Positions 29,265 through 38,741 of a stretch of DNA of 64,000 bases are shown here, one piece after another. Each line of letters begins with the position of its first letter. Positions within the stretch are counted from its first letter, which is position 1. The DNA is from Solirubrobacterales bacterium (GTDB lineage Bacteria > Actinomycetota > Thermoleophilia > Solirubrobacterales > 70-9), in NCBI GenBank assembly GCA_035264245.1, contig DATFQO010000049.1:1731-65730 (forward strand), written 5' to 3'. Under the pieces are notes generated by a model that was given only the letters and a program-made list of their open reading frames with translations, was not told the DNA's origin and made no database searches. Both the position numbers and the translations under genes were made by a program.

Positions 29265-30251
29265 CTACCCGGAAGCCTCCGGGGCTAAGAAGGTCGCCGG
29301 GAGCTTCGCTTCCTGGCGCCGCTCCCACCAGGTCCAGGCCGCCATCACCGCGCCGGCGTAGACCCAGCCTAGGGCGACGTCGAAGAAGTAGTGCTCGCCG
29401 GTCGCCATCAGGGTCAGGCCCATCAGCAGCGGATAGAGAAGCAGCAGCGGTCGCAGCCAGCGGCGCCGCACCCGGCTCCAGAGGAAGAGCGCGACCAGGG
29501 TGACGAAGGCGGTATGCAGCGAGGGGACCGCGGCGACGAGGTTGCTGCTCGCCTGGCCCTTGGAGAAGAGCGAGGCGGTGCCGACGCTGACCACTTCCCA
29601 GCCCTTGCCGGTGGTGCGGTGGACTTCGTCGATCAGGCCCATTTCGCCCGCCATCCAGGGCGGTGCCGCCGGGAAGAGGATGTAGGTCGCGAGCCCGGCC
29701 AGCGCCAGGGTCACCAGCCGCCGGGTGAAGCGATGGAAGGCGCCGCGGTCACGAGCCCAGAGGTAGCCGGCCAGCGCGAAGGGGACGATGAAGTAGGAGG
29801 TGTAGACGAAGGTGAAGAGGACGTCCCACCAGTGGACGACGCCGGGATCGTAGAGCCGGTCCTGCAGCCACTCGGTCGGGGTTTCGCCGAAGAAGACGAA
29901 GCTGTCGAGGTCGATCATCGTGTGGACGTGGACGCCGATCCCGAAGGAGTCGGCCGCCCCTCGGGTCAAGTCGTAGACCCAGAGCACCGCGACGATCGGC
30001 AGCCAGTCGAGCACCAGCTGGACGATTTCCCGCGGCGGCCGCCCGATCGAGGCGCAGGCCAGCGCGCCGCAGGTCCAGAGGATGACCAGCTCACGCTGGA
30101 CCGGGATCCCGTAAGTGGCGGTCCAGAGGATCAGCGCGACGGCGTAGAGGCCGAACGCGTAGGGACGGAACGCCGCCCAGGAGGCGAAGCGGAAGTCCGC
30201 TTCCTGCTCGCTTCGGTTCTCTACATATTCACCGCCGGCCATGCCCGCCAT
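29265..30251 (-). CDS. PAP2 superfamily membrane phosphatase/phosphotransferase
   Basis: Multi-TM protein with the PSLHTAF ... GEHYFFDV PAP2_3-type motifs. Confidence 0.8.
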   Translation of the reverse strand: MAGMAGGEYVENRSEQEADFRFASWAAFRPYAFGLYAVALILWTATYGIPVQRELVILWTCGALACASIGRPPREIVQLVLDWLPIVAVLWVYDLTRGAADSFGIGVHVHTMIDLDSFVFFGETPTEWLQDRLYDPGVVHWWDVLFTFVYTSYFIVPFALAGYLWARDRGAFHRFTRRLVTLALAGLATYILFPAAPPWMAGEMGLIDEVHRTTGKGWEVVSVGTASLFSKGQASSNLVAAVPSLHTAFVTLVALFLWSRVRRRWLRPLLLLYPLLMGLTLMATGEHYFFDVALGWVYAGAVMAAWTWWERRQEAKLPATFLAPEASG

Positions 30252-30284
30252 GCTAGGCGGGCGCTCGGAGGAGCGGGGTCGCGC

Positions 30285-31307
30285 TCAGCCTGGCGGCGCG
30301 ATCGGGCTGTTCTGGATCGCCCCGAACACGTTCTGCTCGAACCCGCGCCGCAGTTCCCGGCCGAAAGCGCCGGCGGCGGCCGCGGAGTCGAGCGGCCAGT
30401 CGATCCCGCCGTCGATCTTGTTGAACCAGATCAGGGCCCGGACCTTGTCGAAGCGATGGCGCAGGGCGGCGAACATGCCGTGGATCCAGTAGGCCTTGGC
30501 TTCCGGGGTTCCGCTGGTGGCGACCTCGCCGATCATCATCGGCTTGTGGGGCGCGATCCGCTCGACGATGCGGTGGTAGGTGGGGCCGAGGAGCTCGGGG
30601 AAGCTGTGCCACGGCTGCGAGGCTTCGGGGCCCCAGTTGTAGGTGTCGAGGCAGGTCCAGTCGACGTAGCGGTTGCCGGGATAGAAGGGCCGCAGTCGCA
30701 GCGACTTGGTGCCGCTGGCGTAGGGGCACCAGACCCAGGTCGCGTTGGTCGCCCCGGCCTGGTCGAAGAACTTCTGGACCCGTCGCCAGGCGGTCCTGAA
30801 TTCAGCCGCGGTGTTGCCGTTGACACCCGCGCCCCAGACAAACCAGGGGCCGTTCATCTCCCAGTTGAAGCGAAGGAAGAAGGGGTGGCCCCAAGCGGCG
30901 GCGGCGGCGGCGAATTCCTGGATGTAGGCGTCGTAGCGCCCCGCATTGAGGTCGGCGAGCTGAAAGTCAGCCGGATCGCCGCCGGAGGCGCCGGAATTCC
31001 AACCGAAGACGGGGATCGCCCCGTAGGCGCGGATCTTTTCCATCTCCGTGGTCGGGAAGGTGTAGAAGCTGCACTCGCCCTCCTCGCAGCGGGCGAACGG
31101 AGCCGAGAACTGCAGCAGCGAGAGCCCGCTGCCGACCTTGGCTTCCAGGCTGCTGGCGGCGGCCATGTCCCAGGGCGCTTCCCGCCCGGTCAGCTGCGAC
31201 CCGATCCAGGCGCCCCAGTAGAGCTCGCGCGGCTGCGCCGCGGCCGCGGCACTCGGCGCCGCCAGTAGGACCAGGACTCCGAATATGTAGATGGCCGCAC
31301 GCCTCAC
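30285..31307 (-). CDS. secreted GH26-like glycoside hydrolase (catalytic domain only)
   Basis: GTG at 31305-31307 gives VRRAAIYIFGVLVLLAAPSAAAAA (signal peptide). FFLRFNWEMNGPWFVWG and MMIGEVATSG motifs. The longer 682-aa track ORF upstream overlaps the SBP gene and is rejected. Confidence 0.8.
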   Translation of the reverse strand: MRRAAIYIFGVLVLLAAPSAAAAAQPRELYWGAWIGSQLTGREAPWDMAAASSLEAKVGSGLSLLQFSAPFARCEEGECSFYTFPTTEMEKIRAYGAIPVFGWNSGASGGDPADFQLADLNAGRYDAYIQEFAAAAAAWGHPFFLRFNWEMNGPWFVWGAGVNGNTAAEFRTAWRRVQKFFDQAGATNATWVWCPYASGTKSLRLRPFYPGNRYVDWTCLDTYNWGPEASQPWHSFPELLGPTYHRIVERIAPHKPMMIGEVATSGTPEAKAYWIHGMFAALRHRFDKVRALIWFNKIDGGIDWPLDSAAAAGAFGRELRRGFEQNVFGAIQNSPIAPPG

Positions 31308-31384
31308 CGTCGCGCGCCTACTCTGGCAGCCCCAGGTCGCCGGTAGGACCGCGGAGGGATGAAATTCGACCAGTCGGCGCCGGC

Positions 31385-33022
31385 CTATTCGGCGAGCGCG
31401 AGGGTGGCCAGGTCCTGGCCGTAGATCGGGCTGACGACGAGCTCGTCGAGATCGATCGAGTCGGAGACGAAGGTGCCGAGGGTGAGCGTCCCGAACGGCG
31501 CCCAGGGCGCCTGCTTCATCACCGTCCGGTCGAGGTCGGCGTATTCGCCTTCCTGCCGCGGGCCGAGCTGCTGCCGCGCCAGCTGGTTGATCTTCGCGTC
31601 GACCGACGGGTCGGCGAAACGGGCCCAGTTGGTGTTGCCGTTGGCGATGATGCTTTCGCCCGAGAGCTGCGGCTGGAAATAGTCGTTCGGATGCGGGTAG
31701 TCGAGCAGCCAGTTGGCGAAGCCGGTGTCGAGGTCGGGCGTGCTGGCGTTGCCGATCACGGTGAAGTAGTTGGCCGCGTCGATGATTTTCAGCTGGGCGT
31801 CGAAGCCGAGCTTGGCCAGGACCTGCTGGTAGTACTCGCCCGCTTCGTCGGTCGGCGCCAGGTTGAAGGTCCAGACCGTGACCTCGCGATCGGTCGGGTC
31901 GGCGCGTTCGATCAGCCGCTTGGCCCGCTCGAGGTCGTGCGGGTAGAACTCGAAGTGGCGGTAGCCCGGCATCTGCGGCGGCAGGACCTGCTGGGTCGGT
32001 TGCACCGTCCCGGCGAAGATCCGTTCCAGCGCTTCCGGATCGATCGCGTAGTTGACCGCGCGCCGCACCCGCAGGTCGTCGAACGGCGGCTGCTGGGTGT
32101 TCATCCAGAAGTAATAGACGCTGATCGTGGGCGCCTGGCGGAACTGGGTCCCCTCGAAGCGCTGCTTCACTTCCGCGTAGCGCTGGACGGGCGGCGGGTT
32201 CCTCATGAAGTCGGTCTTGCCGCGTTCGACTTCGTCGACCTGGGTGTTCTGGTTCGCCTGGACGCGGAAGACGATCTTGTCGGCGTGGCCATCGGGGAAG
32301 TCCGGCATCGCCGGACCGTTGGCGCTCGCCCAATTCGGATTGCGCTCGTATTCCCAGCCGCGGCCGGGACGGACCTCGGTGATCACGTAGGGACCGGTCG
32401 CCGGCGGCGGGTTGCGGGTCTGGTCCTCGACCGGCGTGTCCGGCGGCAGCGGCGCGCTGAACGGCAGCGCCAGGACGTAGGAGAAGGTGCCGCTCGGTTC
32501 GGTCAGATGGATGACGATCGTGCCGCTGTCATCGTCGGTCTCGATCCCTTTGATCCCGCCCTTCTTCGTCGTCATGAACCGTTCGGCGCCGACGATCCCC
32601 GCGTAGAAGGAAGCGCCGGCGGAATTGAGCCGGATCAGCCGTTCGACCGCGAAGCGGAAGTCCGAGGCGCGCACCGGCGTCCCGTCGGAGTACTCGAGGC
32701 CGGGTCGCAGGCGCAGCGTGTAGCGGCGGCCGCCCGCGTCGATCTTCGGCAGGCTGCGCGCCAGCCCGGGGATCAGCTTCGTCCCGGCTTTGCCGTCGGC
32801 GGAGGGATAGGTGAGCAGCGGGATGTAGCTGTCGTGCAGCGCGGTCGCCGCTTCGAGGCTGAAGGCCAGCGCCGGATCGAGGTAGTCGGGAAAGGAGGCG
32901 TCGGTGCCTTCGATCGTCTGGTCCTCGCTCGAGCCCTCGCCGCCGGATCCGCAGCCCGCCAGGGCGATGCAGACGACGACCGCGATCGCGATCCAGCTGA
33001 AGGTAGATTTCGATTTCCTCAC
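31385..33022 (-). CDS. ABC transporter substrate-binding lipoprotein, family 5 (peptide/nickel type)
   Basis: Lipobox LAGCGSGG. Full-length resemblance to DppA/OppA-type SBPs. The GTG start forms a GTGA overlap with the upstream K+ channel stop. Confidence 0.88.
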   Translation of the reverse strand: MRKSKSTFSWIAIAVVVCIALAGCGSGGEGSSEDQTIEGTDASFPDYLDPALAFSLEAATALHDSYIPLLTYPSADGKAGTKLIPGLARSLPKIDAGGRRYTLRLRPGLEYSDGTPVRASDFRFAVERLIRLNSAGASFYAGIVGAERFMTTKKGGIKGIETDDDSGTIVIHLTEPSGTFSYVLALPFSAPLPPDTPVEDQTRNPPPATGPYVITEVRPGRGWEYERNPNWASANGPAMPDFPDGHADKIVFRVQANQNTQVDEVERGKTDFMRNPPPVQRYAEVKQRFEGTQFRQAPTISVYYFWMNTQQPPFDDLRVRRAVNYAIDPEALERIFAGTVQPTQQVLPPQMPGYRHFEFYPHDLERAKRLIERADPTDREVTVWTFNLAPTDEAGEYYQQVLAKLGFDAQLKIIDAANYFTVIGNASTPDLDTGFANWLLDYPHPNDYFQPQLSGESIIANGNTNWARFADPSVDAKINQLARQQLGPRQEGEYADLDRTVMKQAPWAPFGTLTLGTFVSDSIDLDELVVSPIYGQDLATLALAE

Positions 33023-33909
33023 GTGCTCACGGGTCCATGTTCGGAGCGATAGTGGCGGAGCGTCTCGTCGGTTCCCTCGCCGGGCATCCGCAGCCGCGTC
33101 CGCAGCGTCTCGGCAAAATCGTCGATCGCCATCTCAAGTATCTCTGCTCGCACCCTCAGTGAGTGCGGACGGCCCTCCTCCCCCGCCTCGGCGGCGAGCG
33201 AGTGGAGGAACGGGAGCAGCCCGGCAAGCGCCCGCTCCTCGTCCTCGGTGCGGAAGTAATGGGTGATCGGAAAGTGGATCACGTCGCGGCGGGCGCGGAT
33301 CAGCTGCGGCGCGAACCCGGCGAGCAGCGACTCCAGCAGCCCCGGGTCGGCGTCGGCGAGTTTCTCCCCCAGCCGCTCCTCGGTCTCCTTCGCCAGGTGC
33401 ACCTCGTGCGCGAACGAGTCGCGGTGGGCGATCGCGCCGTAGATCGAGAGCAGCCAGGAGATGCTGGCGGTCAGCAGGCCAAGGCCGAACATGGTCTCCA
33501 CCGGTCCCAGGATCCGCAGCAGCGGCGCCGCGGGTGAGATGTCGCCGTAGCCGAGGCTGGTCAGGTTGACGAGCGAGACGTAGAGCGCGTCGGCGAAGCC
33601 GGAGTGCCGCGCCGGGTCGAGGGCGGGGTCGAAGTTGAAGCCGCCCGGCAGCTGCGGCCAGAAGACCAGCGCCCAGCCCACCGCCAGCAGCGCCGCCCAG
33701 GTGCCGACCACGGCGACGTAGCCGAGGGGGCCCGCCAGCAGGCCGAGGGTGCCGCCCCCGCCGGGGAACTTCCGCGCCAGCGCGGCGACGCCGCGCACCA
33801 CCCGCCGCGCCACCATTCCGCGACCCAGCGGGTGGAAGAGGACGTCGAAGATGTCCCGTAGCGCGACGAGAATCAGGGCGACGCCGAGCAGGGTCCAGAC
33901 GATGTCCAC
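33019..33909 (-). CDS. potassium channel family protein (2-TM pore domain plus cytoplasmic domain)
   Basis: Selectivity filter TSLGYGD. Confidence 0.85.
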   Translation of the reverse strand: MDIVWTLLGVALILVALRDIFDVLFHPLGRGMVARRVVRGVAALARKFPGGGGTLGLLAGPLGYVAVVGTWAALLAVGWALVFWPQLPGGFNFDPALDPARHSGFADALYVSLVNLTSLGYGDISPAAPLLRILGPVETMFGLGLLTASISWLLSIYGAIAHRDSFAHEVHLAKETEERLGEKLADADPGLLESLLAGFAPQLIRARRDVIHFPITHYFRTEDEERALAGLLPFLHSLAAEAGEEGRPHSLRVRAEILEMAIDDFAETLRTRLRMPGEGTDETLRHYRSEHGPVST

Positions 33910-33918
33910 TCCTAGACG

Positions 33919-35286
33919 CTAGTTGACCCCGGGCCGATCGGGGGCCGATGCGGTATCGATCGTGCGGACGACCCCCGCCAGCTCCTCCCCCAGACGCGAC
34001 CAGGAGAAGCGCTCGACCGCCTCCGCCCGCGCCCGCTCGCCGCGCCGCCGGCGGCCGGCCTCGTCGTCGACCGCGGCGACGATCGCCCGGGCGAGCGCAT
34101 CGACGTCGTCGGGCTCGACCAGCCAGCCGGTCTCCGGATCGTCAACGATCGTCGCCGGGCCGCCGCGCTCGACGGCGATCACGGGCAGGCCACAGGCCAT
34201 CGCCTCGACCAGCACCTGGCCGAAGGCCTCCCAGACCGAGGCGTGGACCAGCAGATCGCCGGCGCGCAGCGAGGGCGTCAGCTCGTCGTGGCGGTGCCAG
34301 CCGGCGAGGAAGACGTTGCGGGCCCCGATGCGCTCGACCGTCTCCAGCGGATGCTCTCCCTCCCACTCGCCGGGATGGCCGCCGATCAGGATCAGCGCCG
34401 CCCGTTCCTCGAGCTCGTCCTGGGCGCGGGCGAAGGCTTCGACCAGCAACGGCAGCCGCTTGACCTCGGTGAAGCGGCCGACCGCCAGCAGCACGACGCC
34501 GTCGAGGGCATCGAGGTCGCGCTCTTCATAAGAGACGCTCCCCGGCGCCTCGCCGGGCCGCCAGCCGCGCGGCTCCTCGACGAGGTGGCGGCGCCAGTGG
34601 GCGCGGCGGTCGATCGGCGCCGGGGTGAAGATCGGATCGAAGCCGTTGGGGACGCAGGCGAAGCGGTCCCGGTCGAGGTCGAGCAGCTCGGCGGCGCGCT
34701 CGAGGCCGCTGCGGTCGTTGACGACGATGCGGCCGCAGGCGGCGGCCCAGCGGCAGATCCGCTCCCGCCACTCCTCGGCGTGGGTCCAGCTGGCGGGCGC
34801 CCCGGCGGCGATCCGTTCCAGCATCAGCAGCTCGGTGCCGTGCACGTGGCCGACGATCGGGACCTCCGGCAGGACCCGCGCGGCAGCCTCGTTCAGCGGC
34901 GTCAGGTGGTGCAGGTAAAGGACGTCGACCCCCGGGGCGGCGGCCGCGCCCATCGCCTCCGCCCAGACCTCGACCTGCCGCTCGAAGGCTTCGTCGTCGA
35001 AGCCGGCAAGTACGCGATCGGGCGCCCCGGGCCGGTCCTCGTAGGAGCCGTGGATCGGCGCCGGCCCGGCGGGCTCGAACTCGACCGCGTGCAGGTCGAT
35101 GCCCGCGTAGAAGTCCGCCGCCCGGGCCTCGCCGCCGAGATCGGAGCGCGACCCGGCGAGCAGGGTGACCTCGAGCCCGTTCGTCGCGAGCTCGCGGGCG
35201 ATCGAGCGGCAGGAGTGGGCGGACCCGCCGCGAGGATAGAAGTAGATCCCGATCAGCACTCTCTTCGACTCGGGATCCACGACCAC
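33919..35286 (-). CDS. GT4 glycosyltransferase
   Basis: N-terminus RVLIGIYFYPRGGSAHSCRSIARELATNG and C-terminal EAFGQVLVEAMACGLPVIA. GTG start at 35286 (or 35280). The rest of the 827-aa track ORF overlaps the methyltransferase gene and is rejected. Confidence 0.85.
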   Translation of the reverse strand: MVVDPESKRVLIGIYFYPRGGSAHSCRSIARELATNGLEVTLLAGSRSDLGGEARAADFYAGIDLHAVEFEPAGPAPIHGSYEDRPGAPDRVLAGFDDEAFERQVEVWAEAMGAAAAPGVDVLYLHHLTPLNEAAARVLPEVPIVGHVHGTELLMLERIAAGAPASWTHAEEWRERICRWAAACGRIVVNDRSGLERAAELLDLDRDRFACVPNGFDPIFTPAPIDRRAHWRRHLVEEPRGWRPGEAPGSVSYEERDLDALDGVVLLAVGRFTEVKRLPLLVEAFARAQDELEERAALILIGGHPGEWEGEHPLETVERIGARNVFLAGWHRHDELTPSLRAGDLLVHASVWEAFGQVLVEAMACGLPVIAVERGGPATIVDDPETGWLVEPDDVDALARAIVAAVDDEAGRRRRGERARAEAVERFSWSRLGEELAGVVRTIDTASAPDRPGVN

Positions 35287-35391
35287 CGAGGCTACCGATG
35301 CGGCTGCCTCAGGTTCGGCGGCGCGGCGCGAAGTGCAGGACGGTGGCGACAGCACCGGCAGGACGCGACCGCCGCCGACTAGGATCGGGCG

Positions 35392-36156
35392 ATGCAAGGC
35401 GGCGACGCGGCAAAGCAGGCCTACGACGTCATCGCCCCGACCTACGACGAGTTCGTGCACGGCTACATGTACGAGCGCTGGACCGCCCGCCTGCTCGAGG
35501 AGGCACGCGCCCACGGCCTGGAGGGGAAACGGCTGCTCGACGTCGGCTGCGGCACCGGGCTGAGCCTGATCTCGATGGTCGAGCGCGGCTGGGAGGTGAC
35601 CGGCTGCGACATCTCCGCCGAGATGCTCGAGCTGGCGCGGGCGAAGGTGAGCGGGCGCGCCGAGCTGGTCGTCGCCGACATGCGCGAGCTGCCGGTCCTT
35701 GGCGGGTTCGACCTGGTCTGGGCCGTCAACAACCCCTTCAACTACCTGCTCGGCGTCGATGAGCTCGTCGCCACCCTGAGCGGGATGCGCGGCAACCTGG
35801 CGCCCGGTGGGATCGTCCTCTTCGACCTCGCCACGTTGGCGACCTTCCGCGGCCTCTTCAGCGAGGAGCACAAGGTCGAGGCCGACGGGCGATCCCTGCT
35901 CTGGCAGGGCCAGGCGGCCGCTGGCGACCTGCTCCCGGGAGCGACCGCCGAGGCGAGCTACGAGGCGAGCGGCGAGCCGGCCAGCGCCCACGTCCACCGC
36001 CAGCGCCACTTCGCCGAAGCCGAAGTCACGGCCGCGATCGGGGCCGCGGGCCTGCGCTGCCTCGGCGTCTCCGGCGAGCTGGAGAGCGACCTCCACCAGC
36101 CGCTCGACGAAGAGCGCCACAACATGGCCGTCTACGTCTGCGCCGCGGCAAGATGA
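35392..36156 (+). CDS. class I SAM-dependent methyltransferase
   Basis: Motif [12 protein letters not shown], followed by ADMRELP. Confidence 0.85.
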   Translation: MQGGDAAKQAYDVIAPTYDEFVHGYMYERWTARLLEEARAHGLEGKRLLDVGCGTGLSLISMVERGWEVTGCDISAEMLELARAKVSGRAELVVADMRELPVLGGFDLVWAVNNPFNYLLGVDELVATLSGMRGNLAPGGIVLFDLATLATFRGLFSEEHKVEADGRSLLWQGQAAAGDLLPGATAEASYEASGEPASAHVHRQRHFAEAEVTAAIGAAGLRCLGVSGELESDLHQPLDEERHNMAVYVCAAAR

Positions 36157-37157
36157 TCCCGCTCTCGATCCTCGACCTCGCCGCCGTCGGCCGCGAGGAG
36201 ACGATCGCCGAGAGCTTCGCCGGCAGCGTCGAGCTGGCGCGGGCGGCCGAGCGCGGCGGCTACCGCCGGGTCTGGTACGCCGAGCACCACAACATCTCCT
36301 CGATCGCCTCCTCGGCGACCGCAGTCCTCGTCGCCCACGTCGCCGCCCACACCGAGACGATCCGGCTCGGCGCCGGCGGGGTGATGCTGCCCAACCACTC
36401 ACCGCTGGTGATCGCCGAGCAGTTCGGGACGCTGGAGACGCTGCACCCGGGGCGGATCGACCTCGGCCTGGGCCGCGCGCCGGGCACCGACCAGCGGACC
36501 TGGATGGCGCTGCGGTGCGACCCGGCCGCCAGCGACCGTTTCCCCCAGGACGTGGTCGAGCTGCAGCGCTTCCTCGCCGACGAGGAGCCGCTACCGGGAC
36601 TGCGGGCGATCCCCGGCCAGGGCACCAGGGTGCCGCTCTACATCCTCGGCTCCTCCCTCTTCGGCGCCGAACTGGCCGCCCAGCTGGGGCTGCCCTACGC
36701 TTTCGCCTCCCACTTCGCGCCGCGCCACCTGCACGAGGCGCTCGCGGCCTACCGCCGCGAGTTCAAACCCTCCCAGCAGTTGTCGGAGCCCTACGCGATC
36801 GCCGGCGTCGGCGTGATCGCCGCCGAGAGCGAGGAGAGCGCCCGTGCCCAGCACGAGGCCGCCCGCCGGATCCGCGCCCGCGCCCTCTTCGGCCGCGGCC
36901 GCAAGCTCAGCGAAAACGACGTCACCACCCTGCTCGAGTCCCCGCAGGCCGCGGTCGTCGACGAAATGCTCGCCTACACCGCCGTCGGCGTCGCCGAGGA
37001 GGTCACCGCCTACCTGGAGCGCTTCGCCGCCGACACCGGCGCCGACGAGTTGATCACCGCGCATTACTCCGACTCGGTGCCGAACCGTCTGCGCTCGGTC
37101 GAGCTGGTCGCACCGGGCACGCACGGGCTGAGGAAGAGCTGGGCTCAGCGGCAGTAG
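36153..37157 (+). CDS. LLM class (luciferase-like) flavin-dependent oxidoreductase
   Basis: ILDLA...[16 protein letters not shown]...[42 protein letters not shown]. 4-nt overlap with the methyltransferase stop. Confidence 0.9.
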   Translation: MIPLSILDLAAVGREETIAESFAGSVELARAAERGGYRRVWYAEHHNISSIASSATAVLVAHVAAHTETIRLGAGGVMLPNHSPLVIAEQFGTLETLHPGRIDLGLGRAPGTDQRTWMALRCDPAASDRFPQDVVELQRFLADEEPLPGLRAIPGQGTRVPLYILGSSLFGAELAAQLGLPYAFASHFAPRHLHEALAAYRREFKPSQQLSEPYAIAGVGVIAAESEESARAQHEAARRIRARALFGRGRKLSENDVTTLLESPQAAVVDEMLAYTAVGVAEEVTAYLERFAADTGADELITAHYSDSVPNRLRSVELVAPGTHGLRKSWAQRQ

Positions 37158-37211
37158 ACGTAGACGGTCATCTTCGCGGACTCCGTCGGGATCTCCACGA
37201 ACCCACAGGCC

Positions 37212-38741
37212 TCATCTGATCCGGTACCGGGCGAGGGCGAGTCCCTGGCCGGTCGCGAGAGCCCCGAGGGAGACTGGACCAGCAAGCAGGAAGCGGTTCG
37301 AACTCGGGAAGAGGACCTCACTGGCAGCAGCGGTCGATCGCGACCCGAAACGGGTCTCGAGCAAGCCGGCGTCCCCAAAGCTCCGGTCGCGCCTGCCCGC
37401 GGGCGAATACCGCGCGGCCGCAAAGGAGGAGTTGCGAAAGGGCCGGACCACACGCCGAATCCGAACTCCCGCCAGCACCACACCATTGCGTCGATCGACA
37501 GCGAGCGAATTGAAGTGGCTATGGCGGCCCGGGATGCGAGCCAGCGCGCGGCCAGCGCGGGCAAAGCTCCGGTCGATCGCGCCGCTCGGGCTCAGCCTGA
37601 ACAGTGCCGCCAGCTTGAACCTGGGTCTCGGCGGCCGTTCGACAGGCGTCCCCGGTTCGGAGCCGAGCACGAGAATCCGCCCCTGGCGGTCGAGGGCCAG
37701 GTCCCGCGGGGATTCCTCCTGTCGCGGCAGCGGCCTCCAGCCATCGCCGTCGAAGGCTTGGTCGAGGTTTCCGCCTGGATCGAGCCGCCCGACGCCGCCA
37801 GGCCGCAGGCCATCGCAGCCGGTGTACCGGGCTGCGGGGTAAAGGATGCGACCGCGCCGGTCAAGCAGGGGCGAGCCAACCGCGCGCAAGCCGGGGTCGA
37901 CCCTGACCCCGCCGACGGCGAAGCTCTCGTCAAGCCCTCCGTCCGGCAGGAGCCGGGTTATAAAGGCCTCAGTGACAGCTTCGATCGACTCCCGGCAGAA
38001 TTCCTCGATGGCGTAGAAGGACCCGGTGAGAACGATGCGACCAGTCGCATCGAGGGAGAGGCCGGTGACGGTTAGCGCCGGAGGCAGACTTTCCCTCGGG
38101 AGCCGCAGGACCGGCGCCGGCAGTCCGAGGTCGGTGACGAGGATGCCGCCGACGCCGAAGGCCGGATCGGGACTGCCGTCAGACAGGAGGCGAACCAGCA
38201 CCGCCCGTTCCCGCCGTACCGGGCTCGCAGCTCCGTCGGGAACGTACGTGGGCTGGGAGTCGGAGAGAAGAGTACCGCCGACGACGACGCGCCCCTGGTC
38301 ATCGGCGGCAAGCCCTGCAAGGTCGAATTCAGTACCGGCAAGCAAGGGCACCGTGGCGATGCCGGCTTCTCCAAAGAACGGATCGAGGCGGCCATCGGAG
38401 CGGTAGCGGGCAACGGCGGTGGACTTTGCGACCAGCAGGCCGCCGTCGACATAGCGTGCCGCCTGCACCCTCGCCGGCCCTTGGGGCAGCGTCGTCACCA
38501 CGCGGCCGTTCGTACCGAAGCTCGGGTCCAGCTCGACCGGGCTGGCCACGGCGGTCGCGGCGGACACCACCAGGGCCAGGGCGAGCAAGGCGGTGAGAAC
38601 AGCGGGGAAGTGAAGGGTATGCCGATGCAAAGGTCTCCCTATCTGTCTTCTGGCAGAGATGCTGTCCCAACCCGAGGGGCCGGCAGAGGTTGCGTAGGCC
38701 GCGGCTTCAGAGAACGAATCGTCATCGGGCGGGCCTTTCAT
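37212..38741 (-). CDS. secreted delta-60 repeat (beta-propeller type) protein
   Basis: At least 7 repeats of type G.LD.SFG..G (LDPSFGTNGRVV, LDPFFGEAGIA, PDPAFGVGGIL, LDESFAVGGVR, LDQAFDGDGW, IDRSFARAGRA, RDRSFGDAGLL). A TTG at 38630 just before the signal peptide is a likelier start. Confidence 0.72.
   Translation of the reverse strand: MKGPPDDDSFSEAAAYATSAGPSGWDSISARRQIGRPLHRHTLHFPAVLTALLALALVVSAATAVASPVELDPSFGTNGRVVTTLPQGPARVQAARYVDGGLLVAKSTAVARYRSDGRLDPFFGEAGIATVPLLAGTEFDLAGLAADDQGRVVVGGTLLSDSQPTYVPDGAASPVRRERAVLVRLLSDGSPDPAFGVGGILVTDLGLPAPVLRLPRESLPPALTVTGLSLDATGRIVLTGSFYAIEEFCRESIEAVTEAFITRLLPDGGLDESFAVGGVRVDPGLRAVGSPLLDRRGRILYPAARYTGCDGLRPGGVGRLDPGGNLDQAFDGDGWRPLPRQEESPRDLALDRQGRILVLGSEPGTPVERPPRPRFKLAALFRLSPSGAIDRSFARAGRALARIPGRHSHFNSLAVDRRNGVVLAGVRIRRVVRPFRNSSFAAARYSPAGRRDRSFGDAGLLETRFGSRSTAAASEVLFPSSNRFLLAGPVSLGALATGQGLALARYRIR

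Noticed and set aside
31308-32333. N-terminal part of the 682-aa track ORF 30285-32333
   Set aside because: It is out of frame with, and overlaps, the SBP gene. The GH26 signal peptide starts at GTG 31307.
35287-36402. N-terminal 370 aa of the 827-aa track ORF 33919-36402
   Set aside because: It overlaps the well-supported methyltransferase and LLM genes on the other strand. The GT4 homology begins only at about 35286, where GTG starts exist.
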